A stretch of 64,000 nucleotides of DNA, taken from the IMG/VR virus record IMGVR_UViG_2772190661_000001, positions 32,001 to 96,000 of that record; one strand, 5' to 3'. A model generated the notes under the pieces. The model did no database searches, had not been told where the DNA came from, and worked only from the letters and a program-made list of their open reading frames with translations. The DNA is from a virus (Duplodnaviria > Caudoviricetes). Shown one piece after another: positions 1 through 8,624 of the stretch; position 1 is the first letter of the stretch, and each line of letters opens with the position of its first letter. The position numbers and the translations under genes were made by a program.

Positions 1-76
1 AGCAAGACACGCCGATGACACCATCGGGTCAAGAAGATTGCGGCAACTCCTGGCAACCCACGGAAAGGTCACGCCC

Positions 77-280
77 ATGCGCAACCTCACGTTCCTGTGG
101 AAAGACGCCGGCTCCGGCATGAACGGCTGCCCCGCCCTCTACGAAACCGAAGGCGGCTACGTCGTCCAGGGCATCCAACTCACCGACGACGAGCGCGCCC
201 AACTGCGCAACCTCGCCGACAACGAAGACGCCATCTTCGTCCCCGCCAACGTTCTCGACCGCCTCCGCGGCAACGCCTGA
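77..280 (+). CDS. Small conserved actinobacterial protein, first gene of the small-protein/DUF6879/XRE-DUF5753 triad
   Basis: ATG at 77 after GGAAAGG; motif GCPALYETEGGYVVQG is typical of this triad. Confidence 0.75.
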   Translation: MRNLTFLWKDAGSGMNGCPALYETEGGYVVQGIQLTDDERAQLRNLADNEDAIFVPANVLDRLRGNA

Positions 281-282
281 CC

Positions 283-807
283 ATGCGCGCCATCACCGAG
301 GCCGAGCTCGAGCACATCTTCCGCAGCGTCCGACACTCCGCGTTCCGGCTCGAACTCCAGCCGGCCTACAACGAGCCCGTCGAGCGCGCCTCGGTGGAAG
401 CGTTCCTCGCCGGACACCCGGAACCCCCCGACACCAACATGGAGGGGTTCCGGGGCTGGTACGACCGCACCCAAGCACTCACCGCCAGCGGCATCACCAT
501 CACACGCGTCCGCGTCCACCAAGACCCGCCCACCGACTACCAGCGCTGGCTGCGCTGGTTCGGACAGTGGGCGACGCGCGCCGGCGAGCAACACATCTAC
601 CTAACCCCCGAACAAGCCACCCAAGCCGGCCTCAACAACGGCAGGGACTTCTGGCTGTTTGACGACACCCACCTGATTTTCCTGGCCTTCGACGACCAGG
701 GACGCCGCACCAACCAGCTCAGCACCGACCCGGACGACCTAGCACAAGCTCGCGCTACGCGGGACCTGGCGGTCCGCCTGACGCGAGGAGACATCCATGT
801 CCAGTAA
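283..807 (+). CDS. DUF6879-family protein
   Basis: HSAFRLELQPAY...RVRVHQDPPTDYQRW...DFWLFDD motifs; ATG 2 nt after the upstream stop. Confidence 0.8.
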   Translation: MRAITEAELEHIFRSVRHSAFRLELQPAYNEPVERASVEAFLAGHPEPPDTNMEGFRGWYDRTQALTASGITITRVRVHQDPPTDYQRWLRWFGQWATRAGEQHIYLTPEQATQAGLNNGRDFWLFDDTHLIFLAFDDQGRRTNQLSTDPDDLAQARATRDLAVRLTRGDIHVQ

Positions 808-1657
808 CCCACCCATCACCCAGTGGCTCGCCCAACCCGGAGGTGTCGCCGACACCCTCCGGCACGCCCGCACCACCGCTGGCGTCACCGGCAAGGAACT
901 CGCCGTCGCCGCCGGCTGGCCCCCGTCGAAGGTCTCGAAGCTCGAGGCCGGCAAGCAGATGCCCACCAGCGACGACATCGCCGCGTACGCGCGGATCGCC
1001 GGCCTCGACGACACCGCCGTCCAACACCTGCAAGACCTGGCCCGGATCGCCGAGGACGCACGCACCAGCCACCGGCGCCGCTACGCCGGCGGCCGCGGCG
1101 CCGCCGTCCAGGACGAGTTCCTGCAGCTGCTCGCCGACGCCACCAGCATCGTGTTCTTCGACGTCGCCTACGTGCCAGGCATGCTGCAGACCGCCGACTA
1201 CTGCCGGGCCGTGTTCGCGGACGGCTACCGGCTGCACGAGCTCGACCCGTCGGACATCGGCGAGGCGGTCGCGAAGCGCATGCGGCGCGCCGACCACCTC
1301 TACGACAGCAGCAAGCGCTTCAACCTGCTCATGACCGAACAAGTGCTGCGCACCTACGCCTGCGAGCCCGCAGTGATGCGCGCCCAGCTGGACCGCCTGC
1401 AGACCGTCATCGGCGTGCCCCACATCCGGTTCGGAATCATCCCGTTCGGCAAGGTCAGTACGTGGCCGCAGGCGTCGTTTCAGATGTTCGACGGCGAATC
1501 CGTCCTGGTCGAAAACCTGTACGGGGACGTCAAGTACGTCGGCGACGAGGCCGCCATATTCGCCAGGGCGCTCGACCTGATGTGGCAAGACGCTGTCGAG
1601 GGTGACGAGGCCCGGCGGCTGCTCGTCGCTGCCGCGGACGCGCTGACGACCTCGTAG
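797..1657 (+). CDS. XRE-family HTH regulator with C-terminal DUF5753 domain
   Basis: N-terminal HTH (GKELAVAAGWPPSKVSKLEAG) followed by VPGMLQTADY motif. Confidence 0.88.
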   Translation: MSSNPPITQWLAQPGGVADTLRHARTTAGVTGKELAVAAGWPPSKVSKLEAGKQMPTSDDIAAYARIAGLDDTAVQHLQDLARIAEDARTSHRRRYAGGRGAAVQDEFLQLLADATSIVFFDVAYVPGMLQTADYCRAVFADGYRLHELDPSDIGEAVAKRMRRADHLYDSSKRFNLLMTEQVLRTYACEPAVMRAQLDRLQTVIGVPHIRFGIIPFGKVSTWPQASFQMFDGESVLVENLYGDVKYVGDEAAIFARALDLMWQDAVEGDEARRLLVAAADALTTS

Positions 1658-1673
1658 CTCCGCCAGCTACGAC

Positions 1674-1705
1674 AAACGCCCGGACCGCGAAGGTCCGGGC
1701 GTTTT
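1674..1705. terminator. Bidirectional intrinsic terminator
   Basis: 13-bp inverted repeat AAACGCCCGGACC / GGTCCGGGCGTTT between convergent genes. Confidence 0.8.
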
Positions 1706-1724
1706 GCTGTGCGCTCGTCGGCGG

Positions 1725-2033
1725 CTATGCGTCGAAGATCCGGCAGGTGACAGTACGGGTTGCGCGGTCTACGTCGTAGGTCACCGTCACCGAGGTCCCG
1801 GGGATGCGCGCGTGAAAGAAGCCGTCGAAGTCGGGCTCCGCCTCCCCGTCGGGAAGTGTCATGCCAATGTGCCCGGACACGGGAGCGGCGCCGGAGGGTG
1901 CTGGCTCGGCCTCGAGGTCGAGGATCCACGCGCTGACTCGCTGCAGCTCGGTGCCGGGCGGATTCTTCTCCTTGATCCAGCGGTCGATCCAGAACTCGAA
2001 CCCGCTGACGGTCCATCGGTCGTCAGTCGACAC
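1725..2033 (-). CDS. Small protein, putative RelE-like toxin partner of the Panacea protein
   Basis: GTG at 2033 overlaps the upstream gene end; 102 aa ending HARIPGTSVTVTYDVDRATRTVTC, a RelE/ParE-like beta pattern. Confidence 0.5.
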   Translation of the reverse strand: MSTDDRWTVSGFEFWIDRWIKEKNPPGTELQRVSAWILDLEAEPAPSGAAPVSGHIGMTLPDGEAEPDFDGFFHARIPGTSVTVTYDVDRATRTVTCRIFDA

Positions 2034-2541
2034 GGCCGGCCGCCCAGGCGGCGAGTCGGTCCCGGTTGTCTGGTGGTGGCGCGGATCGTCCTCGTTCGGT
2101 CCGGACGCGGCTGACGAGATGTGCCCGGTAGCCGGGGTCGGTGAGCCGCGGGTCGGTGTCGTCGGGCGCTCCAGCGCCGGTGAAATAGGCGCGCATCTTG
2201 TCGGGGTCGATGATCGCCCCGTCGGCGGTTTTCTCCCAGGGGGTCTCGCCTCGGCTGAGGACGCCGATGTCGTTGGCGGTGAGGCGTCCGTACCTGCCGA
2301 TGACGGATAGCAGTACGAGGTCGTGGTCGTGGCTGAGCTTGCCGTCCGCGGGCTCGTATGGGAACACCGCGGGGGCTGGCCCGTCCGGATCGGCGACGAT
2401 ATGGGTGTCGAACATGGGCTGGCCGGTGAGTGCCAGGTGGTGCGCCTGGCAGTAGTAGAGGAGCCTGCGGAGTTTGGAGTCCGGCAGGCCGGGGAGCTCG
2501 CTGCGGAGAGCGGCGGCAACCTGGTGCACGGTGGTGGTCAT
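2023..2541 (-). CDS. Panacea (DUF4065/SocA-like) antitoxin-domain protein
   Basis: KLRRLLYYCQAHHLA...GP...YG...E-PW motifs; probably leaderless, with TACGGT 6 nt before the ATG. Confidence 0.8.
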   Translation of the reverse strand: MTTTVHQVAAALRSELPGLPDSKLRRLLYYCQAHHLALTGQPMFDTHIVADPDGPAPAVFPYEPADGKLSHDHDLVLLSVIGRYGRLTANDIGVLSRGETPWEKTADGAIIDPDKMRAYFTGAGAPDDTDPRLTDPGYRAHLVSRVRTERGRSAPPPDNRDRLAAWAAGRVD

Positions 2542-2701
2542 CGGCCGACCGTAGCGACCTTCGGTTGATGATCGGGAGGGGTGTTCGGGATCTGAGTTTT
2601 CATACACCCGTTCGGGTCGCTGTCCGACTGCGATGACCATGGGTTGCCTCCGCGTGGATAGACCAGCATCAACCACTCACGGTATTTGGATCGTTACTCG
2701 A

Positions 2702-3184
2702 TCAGGAGTGTCGGTTTTCGCGACTGCTGTCCGTCGGGTCGTCTCGCTCGGCGTTCATCTTGGCGAGGATGTCGGCCCGGAGCTTGTCGATGTGCGCCAA
2801 CAACTTCTCGGGGGTGTCCGGTTTGGCGGGCGCCTTTAAGCGCTCCTCGGTGCCGACCAGCATCTTCTGGATCTGTAGCCGCTGGTCGGCGGCGATGGAA
2901 AACCACGCTGACAAATCCTCGCCCGCGACGGCTGCGACCCTCGCGGCAAGGTCGTCAGGAATGTCGATCGTCAGCCTGGCCATGCCGGCCGCCACGCCCG
3001 TCCGGCGCGAACGTAGGCCGAGCTGCTTGCGGATCTCGGCGCTCTTTGCCGGATCAGGCCGGTGGGAGAGTACCTCCCGTGCCCAGGCGCGTGACTTGGC
3101 CCGCTGCTCGGGCGTGGCGTCCGGCGCGTTCGGAAGCGGCTCGTTGGCGGTTGCGGGCTCGCCGCCTTCTGCGGGTGTCGTCAT
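2702..3184 (-). CDS. Small protein containing a ribbon-helix-helix (CopG-like) domain from an internal ATG at 2983
   Basis: MARLTIDIPDDLAARV is an RHH start motif; TACCTT -10 lies 6 nt before ATG 3184. Confidence 0.55.
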   Translation of the reverse strand: MTTPAEGGEPATANEPLPNAPDATPEQRAKSRAWAREVLSHRPDPAKSAEIRKQLGLRSRRTGVAAGMARLTIDIPDDLAARVAAVAGEDLSAWFSIAADQRLQIQKMLVGTEERLKAPAKPDTPEKLLAHIDKLRADILAKMNAERDDPTDSSRENRHS

Positions 3185-3242
3185 CGGGCGAAGGTACCGC
3201 TGCGTGGGGCGCCGGTCACTCGAACGGGCGCCCCACCGCTGG

Positions 3243-3764
3243 TCAGAGCTGCCAGTAGCCGTAGGCCGAGTTCTCGAACAGGCTGGTCACCCGTAGTTGG
3301 ATCTTCCCGGACTCGGCTGCTTCCTTCGACACGTCGAAGACGACCCAGCCGTCGGTGTTCTGGCCGGCCTTGAGGCTCGCCGTCGTGTAGTCGGGCTTCC
3401 CGTCGAACGAGCCATAGCCGACCTCGTAGACCTTCCCGCCGGCGTCGACGACGGACAGGTCACACGAGCACACGTATGCCTCGCCCTTGGTGACCTCGGT
3501 CTTGAGATGTACGAGCAGGTAGCGGCCCTGCTCGGGCTTCGAGTCGAAGTCGTCGGCGGTCTTGATCTCCGGCTTCGACAGGGTCCAAGTCGCGCCCAGC
3601 GTGTCGCTACTGACGGAGAGCGGCTGGCCGACCTCGACGGACTTCGGTGACGCGGACGGCGTGGGCGCGGGTGCTGCGGCGCCGCCGGTGATGCTGGTCC
3701 CTGACCCGCAGCCGAGCGCAACGAGCGCGGCGGTGATGAGCAGGGCGGTGGTGGTCTTGCGCAT
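3243..3764 (-). CDS. Lipoprotein, DUF4352-like Ig fold
   Basis: Signal peptide with lipobox-like VALGC; C-terminal LKAGQNTDGWVVFDV motif. Confidence 0.75.
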   Translation of the reverse strand: MRKTTTALLITAALVALGCGSGTSITGGAAAPAPTPSASPKSVEVGQPLSVSSDTLGATWTLSKPEIKTADDFDSKPEQGRYLLVHLKTEVTKGEAYVCSCDLSVVDAGGKVYEVGYGSFDGKPDYTTASLKAGQNTDGWVVFDVSKEAAESGKIQLRVTSLFENSAYGYWQL

Positions 3765-3909
3765 GCGTGGACTCCAGTGGCGGACTGCGCTCGGACTGCA
3801 GCAGCCCCGCCGGGCAGTCCGATGCCGGCGGGGCGCGCATGCGAGAGTCCGGGAGTCGTGCGGTGTTACGCGCGGGTAGCCGATGGTTGATCAGGGCTGG
3901 CCGAGACGG

Positions 3910-4299
3910 CTAATCCGTTCCGGGTGGCCCGTTTTTGAAGTGCGGCATGATCCCGCCGTCGGGCTGCACGAGGTCGTGATTGTGATAGGTGCCCTTGGTG
4001 TCGTCGGCGAACGCGTGCGTGAAGTTGTTCGCCAGACTCTTGACGAAGTCGCGCATCTCCTGACAGAGGTCCATCCAGCCGTCGGACTGGGGGTAGAACA
4101 CGTCGAGGATCGCCTCGACGGCGCGGGCGCACCGCTTGTGGGAGACGAACAGCGGCGACGACTGGCGCCTATCGCCGACCCACCGGTCCCGGTAGTAGAT
4201 GTTGCCACTGCCAACGACCTGCTCGCGGCAGGCATCACAGATGAACGCGGGGCAGAGCATGGCTTCGGGCGGGCCGTCACGGGCCACCATTTCGATCAT
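3910..4299 (-). CDS. Hypothetical protein with CxxC and HxxC (possible Zn binding)
   Basis: 129 aa ORF with non-shadow composition; CDAC and SHKRC motifs. Confidence 0.55.
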   Translation of the reverse strand: MIEMVARDGPPEAMLCPAFICDACREQVVGSGNIYYRDRWVGDRRQSSPLFVSHKRCARAVEAILDVFYPQSDGWMDLCQEMRDFVKSLANNFTHAFADDTKGTYHNHDLVQPDGGIMPHFKNGPPGTD

Positions 4300-4359
4300 G
4301 CGGGGGGATTCCTATCTCTCGGTTCGCGGGCCACGCCCAGGGCTTGCCGATTTTCGCGG

Positions 4360-4647
4360 CTTTATCCGTGATTTAAAAACAGCGCCTGACCTGCATTTTT
4401 AGTTTCCCTCGTTTCTTTCGTACCCCCGGGAGGGGGTACAAGGACCTCCACGGGACAAAATCCGCCCCCACCTGGAACTATATATAAATATAAATAGATC
4501 GAGAAAATGCACATTCCTGCGCGAGGGCGTCCGCACCCACCCACAAGCCCCTACGAAAGAAACGAAGAAAACGAGGAAAGCCCCGAGCGGGGGGATTTTC
4601 CCAGCTCAGGGCCTATCTACTTACCTCGTACGTAAATACAGGGAAAC
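4360..4647. other. AT-rich putative replication origin of the left module
   Basis: Long A/T run at about 4479-4499; inverted repeat CGTTTCTTTCGTA (4410-4422) / TACGAAAGAAACG (4552-4564); hairpin at 4420-4439; directly downstream of the rep gene. Confidence 0.55.
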
Positions 4648-6630
4648 CTACGAGGAATCCCCCACCCAGCGCACCTCCAGCCGCGGACGACCACGGCCAA
4701 GGCTCACCTTCTCCAGCGTGTACTCCCCCGTAGCCACCAGCTCGCCAACCCACCCATCGATGTCATCGGCCTTCTCGTTGTTGCTGAACACCTGCTTGCC
4801 AATCTCCGTCCGGCCAGCCCGCCGGCCTTCACAGCCGTCCACGTACTCCTTGATCCGACCCGCATTGCGCGACACCCCTACCACCCGTCCCGCCGCCAGC
4901 AGATGCTCGATCGCCCACTCCCCAATCGCGATCGCGTCCCGCATCGTCGACTCCTCAATTCGATCGTCCGGGGTCATCCCGGCACCCAGATGCAACAGGG
5001 CTGCGACACGCAGAACTCGGGCCACGTGCTTGCCCGCCCACCCACGCACCTGACACAGGTCGCCGTCTCGCGACGGATCCATGCGCGGCTCGAGGACGTT
5101 CTGATAGTCAAGGTGCAGCTTCCACGCGCCACGGGTCAGGTCGATGACCGCCGACTCCGCCTCGATCGCCGCCTCCTCGGCTTGCCGGTCAACCAGCGCG
5201 TCATAGCCGACCAAGCTCTCCAGCAGCTCCGCCCACCAGCGCTTCAACCGCCGGCTCTGCGGCTCAGCCGGCACGTCGTCGATAAAGACCGACTCCCGCC
5301 CCTCACGCTTGCCGACCAGGTCGCCGGGCAACGAAACGAGAAAGCGGTTGATGAAGCCCGTCTCCTGCATGAGAGCGTTCTGCAGCATCTCGGCCACCAG
5401 TAGCGGCTGCGGCGAGATCGCCAGCGTCAGTGCGGCCCGACCGATCTGCCCGGCCTCGCGGGTGATCCGGGTCGGCTTGTACGGGGCGCAGTCGTAGCCC
5501 TTGAGGACAATCCCGAGGTTCGCCGTTCGGCCCGAGTACTGTCCACCCAGATTCCGCAGCAGCGTCCCCTCGTCGTCGATGACCGCGCCCGCGCCGAGGT
5601 TCGTCGACATGCGGTCGGCGAGCGCTTCCGGGCTGGTATCGCCGTCGAGCTCGACGACCGGCGCCGGTGGCGGGCTCTTCGCCAGGTCCTCGGCCTGCTG
5701 GCTGAGTCGTCGCGCGCGAGCCTTCAGGCCCTCTTTCTCCTCCAGGTCGGTCGTCACCGCCTTGCCTTTCGCTAGGACGTCCTCGATCTCGGCGGCGAGT
5801 CGCAGCTGCTCGCCCTCCACCCACTTTTCGTGCTGCTCGCGCAGCGTCCGGTTCGCCAGCCACAGCCCGTCGCGGAGTTCGGTGACCGGCGGCGACTTTG
5901 CGCTGCTGGACTCCATGCCGACCATCACGTACAGGTTCGTCGGCTGAATGAAGTCGTGGTCGCGGCGGACCAGAATGCGCGGGCCGGTCACGCCGGACAT
6001 GACACCGAGCATCATCAGGGCCGGCAGGTCCACCGGGACCTGCTTGCGCTCGGCCAAGTCGACCACGTACTCGCGCATCATCGGCGGCAGGTGCTCCACC
6101 GGAAACCGGCGGGCATGCCCGTGCCCTGCCGTGAGCGGCGTCGCTCCGGATCCTCGCTTGGCTCCGGGGGCCGGCTCGCCAATTTCTCCCTGGGCGTGCA
6201 GCCGCGCGGCGTCCGCGAGTGCAGCGGCGAGCGCTTCAGCGTTCCCGGATTTGGCTGCCTGCTGGACGCGGATGCCGACTTCCTCCGCGCGCCTCGTCCG
6301 GGCGGTGTCGGCAACACTTCGAGCATGCCAGGTGGCCGACGCGACCGTGGGCACCTCGGCGACGCAGCGCAGCAGGTAGGGGGCTCCACCGACACGCAGC
6401 AGGTCACCTGACCTGTGGAGCGTGTCGCCGACCGCCACTGCATCGGTGGGAGCTCCGTCAGAGCGGTTGTTGAGGACCGCTCTGAAGATCTCGCCGTGGA
6501 TCGGGCGCGCGAAGTCGTCGAAGGTCAGAATCGCCGCGAGGCTCGGAACACAGTCCGACTGCAGCATCATCGCGCCGAGCACGATTCTCTCGGACGCCTC
6601 CGGGTCTAAGCCGGTTGCGTTGCCGCTCAT
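4648..6630 (-). CDS. Replication protein: DnaB N-terminal-like domain fused to DUF3987 (YfjI-like) NTPase
   Basis: N-terminus ERIVLGAMM...TDAVAV...GGAPYL; FPVEHLP, NLYVMVG..SS.KS, DTSPEAL, DEG and GFINRFL motifs. Confidence 0.8.
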   Translation of the reverse strand: MSGNATGLDPEASERIVLGAMMLQSDCVPSLAAILTFDDFARPIHGEIFRAVLNNRSDGAPTDAVAVGDTLHRSGDLLRVGGAPYLLRCVAEVPTVASATWHARSVADTARTRRAEEVGIRVQQAAKSGNAEALAAALADAARLHAQGEIGEPAPGAKRGSGATPLTAGHGHARRFPVEHLPPMMREYVVDLAERKQVPVDLPALMMLGVMSGVTGPRILVRRDHDFIQPTNLYVMVGMESSSAKSPPVTELRDGLWLANRTLREQHEKWVEGEQLRLAAEIEDVLAKGKAVTTDLEEKEGLKARARRLSQQAEDLAKSPPPAPVVELDGDTSPEALADRMSTNLGAGAVIDDEGTLLRNLGGQYSGRTANLGIVLKGYDCAPYKPTRITREAGQIGRAALTLAISPQPLLVAEMLQNALMQETGFINRFLVSLPGDLVGKREGRESVFIDDVPAEPQSRRLKRWWAELLESLVGYDALVDRQAEEAAIEAESAVIDLTRGAWKLHLDYQNVLEPRMDPSRDGDLCQVRGWAGKHVARVLRVAALLHLGAGMTPDDRIEESTMRDAIAIGEWAIEHLLAAGRVVGVSRNAGRIKEYVDGCEGRRAGRTEIGKQVFSNNEKADDIDGWVGELVATGEYTLEKVSLGRGRPRLEVRWVGDSS

Positions 6631-6685
6631 GCGGGGGACCCCTTCGCCATCAGTGGATGAATGCCTGCCTGCGGTGCGGCGGGGT

Positions 6686-6931
6686 TCATCCGGTGCCGAT
6701 CGCGGCGAGAGCGTCGAGGAGGTGCCGGTAGGTGATGGCGCGGGCCCGGTTGGGCTTGTTGAGGCCGCGTTCCCAGCGGGAGATGGTCATCGGGTCGACG
6801 CCGACCTCAGCGGCGACCTCGGCAAGGGTGGCGCCGGATCGCTGGCGGATAGCGCGGCATTCGCTCGGCGGGGGGAGTCGGGTGGCGCGGATCGTTTCCA
6901 CGAGCGGCGGAGATTCGGGGGCGAGGGTCAT
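6686..6931 (-). CDS. XRE/Cro-like HTH protein
   Basis: SGATLAEVAAEVGVDPMTISRWERG. Confidence 0.85.
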   Translation of the reverse strand: MTLAPESPPLVETIRATRLPPPSECRAIRQRSGATLAEVAAEVGVDPMTISRWERGLNKPNRARAITYRHLLDALAAIGTG

Positions 6932-6999
6932 GAAACGATCCTAGCGAAATTCCAAGAAATTTCTAGCAACTTGCTAGCACGTGTGGCAAGATTGCTCGC
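6932..6999. promoter_or_regulatory. Divergent promoter region with a palindromic operator
   Basis: CTAGCAA-C-TTGCTAG at 6963-6977; AT-rich; -10-like hexamers just before both start codons. Confidence 0.6.
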
Positions 7000-8622
7000 A
7001 TGCCACCGACTGCCGTGAGCAACCTGTTCGCCCCCGACTACGGCACCGGCTCCCCGCCGGCGGCCCCGGCCGAGCCGAACGCTGTGCCGTGGTGGCAGCA
7101 GCTCGCGCCCGACGCACTCGGATACGCCACCGGCCACTGGCAGGCCGCCGCCGCAGTCGCCCTCCTCGCGCTCCTCGCCTGGAAGGTCACCGGCCGCTTC
7201 CGCCGGACCCGCACCGCCGGAGGCGCGCCCACCGAGCCCGGCGGACTCACCCCCACCGACCGGGCCATCACCCGCATCACGGCCCTGATCGCCACCGCGG
7301 TCCTCGCGACCGGCATGTGGAAGTTCTTCGCCGACGTCCTGTCCTTCCACTGGACGATCCGGCTCGTCCTCTTCGCATTCGCCGAAGCGCAGATCATCTC
7401 CGCGTTCCGGCGCACCCGACGGCACATCTACCGGCACGGCAGCCTCGGCCACGGCGCCCGCGTCATCTACGGCATCGCCGCCGGCTCCGCCTTCCTCGCC
7501 TCGATCCACGCGACCAGCACCGACGAAGGCGCGTTCCGCTGGTTCGTCGCCGCGGTCGCCGCGTACATGGTCGTCGAGGAGCTCGTCGAAGAGCTGGACA
7601 TCTGGCTCACCAAGCACCCGGAGAAGCGGCCCGCCGGGTCCCGGAAACCCGGCCAGATCCACTGGGCGCTCACCCCCGAACGGATCCTCGTCTGGCTGCG
7701 CCTGGCCGAGCCGACCTCACGCGGCATCGAAGACGTCGCCAAGGCTCGCCGCCTCGCCCGACTCGCCCGGACCGCGTACCGGCTCCACCTGCTCCAGGAG
7801 ACGAAGTCCGCGAAATGGCGGGTCCAGCTCGCCGCCCGCTCGCTGCGCCGGCAGGCCGAGGCCGCGAACGAGCACCTGCAGCTCGGCACCGACCAGGCCG
7901 CGATCCGCGCGGTCCGGGAGCAGCTGGCCCTGCTCTACCAGGTCGCCGACGGCACGACCCGGGCCGCGGTCGCGGACGTGTCCCCGTGGGGCGGCCAGGT
8001 CCGGCTCGCCATCACCGGACATCCGCACCGGACATCCGCACCGGACATGACCGGACACGCGCCGGACGCGGTGACCGGACAGCGCGGTGGACAGCCGTCC
8101 GGACATCAGGTGGACACGCGACCGGACACCGCACCCGACAGCCCGGTGGACACCGGACTCGACACGGTGACCGGACAACGGGTGGACATGGTTCCGGACA
8201 GCGCGGTGGACATCGTGACCGGACAAGCGCCGGACATCAGTCCGGACGCCGCACTGGACACCCGACCGGCCACCCGTCTGGACATTCGACCGGTCACCGC
8301 CGCCGTCGCTGACCGGACACCACGACCGGACACCCAGGCGCGCCGTGACCGGACATCCAACCGGACACCGCGACCGGACACCAAGACCACGTCCGCGCAG
8401 GCCAAGGCCCGGAAACTCCGCGACGAAGACGCCCTCACCCACGAGCAGATCGCCCGGCGGCTGAACGTGTCCACGAAGACCATCTCGCGGTGGCTGAAGA
8501 GCGACGAGCCGGACACCAGCACCGCGCCGGACATGCCGATCCCGATGTCGCCCATCCCCGAGCCGCGCCCGCCGGTCACCGCCGGGACCAACGGGCACTC
8601 TCACAGCACCGAGGAGAACTGA
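7000..8622 (+). CDS. Membrane protein (Spd/DUF2637-like) with repeat linker and C-terminal HTH
   Basis: About 5 hydrophobic segments, a low-complexity linker, and LTHEQIARRLNVSTKTISRWL. Confidence 0.7.
   Translation: MPPTAVSNLFAPDYGTGSPPAAPAEPNAVPWWQQLAPDALGYATGHWQAAAAVALLALLAWKVTGRFRRTRTAGGAPTEPGGLTPTDRAITRITALIATAVLATGMWKFFADVLSFHWTIRLVLFAFAEAQIISAFRRTRRHIYRHGSLGHGARVIYGIAAGSAFLASIHATSTDEGAFRWFVAAVAAYMVVEELVEELDIWLTKHPEKRPAGSRKPGQIHWALTPERILVWLRLAEPTSRGIEDVAKARRLARLARTAYRLHLLQETKSAKWRVQLAARSLRRQAEAANEHLQLGTDQAAIRAVREQLALLYQVADGTTRAAVADVSPWGGQVRLAITGHPHRTSAPDMTGHAPDAVTGQRGGQPSGHQVDTRPDTAPDSPVDTGLDTVTGQRVDMVPDSAVDIVTGQAPDISPDAALDTRPATRLDIRPVTAAVADRTPRPDTQARRDRTSNRTPRPDTKTTSAQAKARKLRDEDALTHEQIARRLNVSTKTISRWLKSDEPDTSTAPDMPIPMSPIPEPRPPVTAGTNGHSHSTEEN
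8014..8533 (+). repeat. Direct repeat array of (CC/GT)GGACA, candidate clt/TraB-recognition locus
   Basis: By manual count, 23 exact GGACA in 8017-8380 plus 2 more to 8533; same strand, mostly 11-13 bp apart, in all three reading frames. Confidence 0.8.
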
Positions 8623-8624
8623 CC

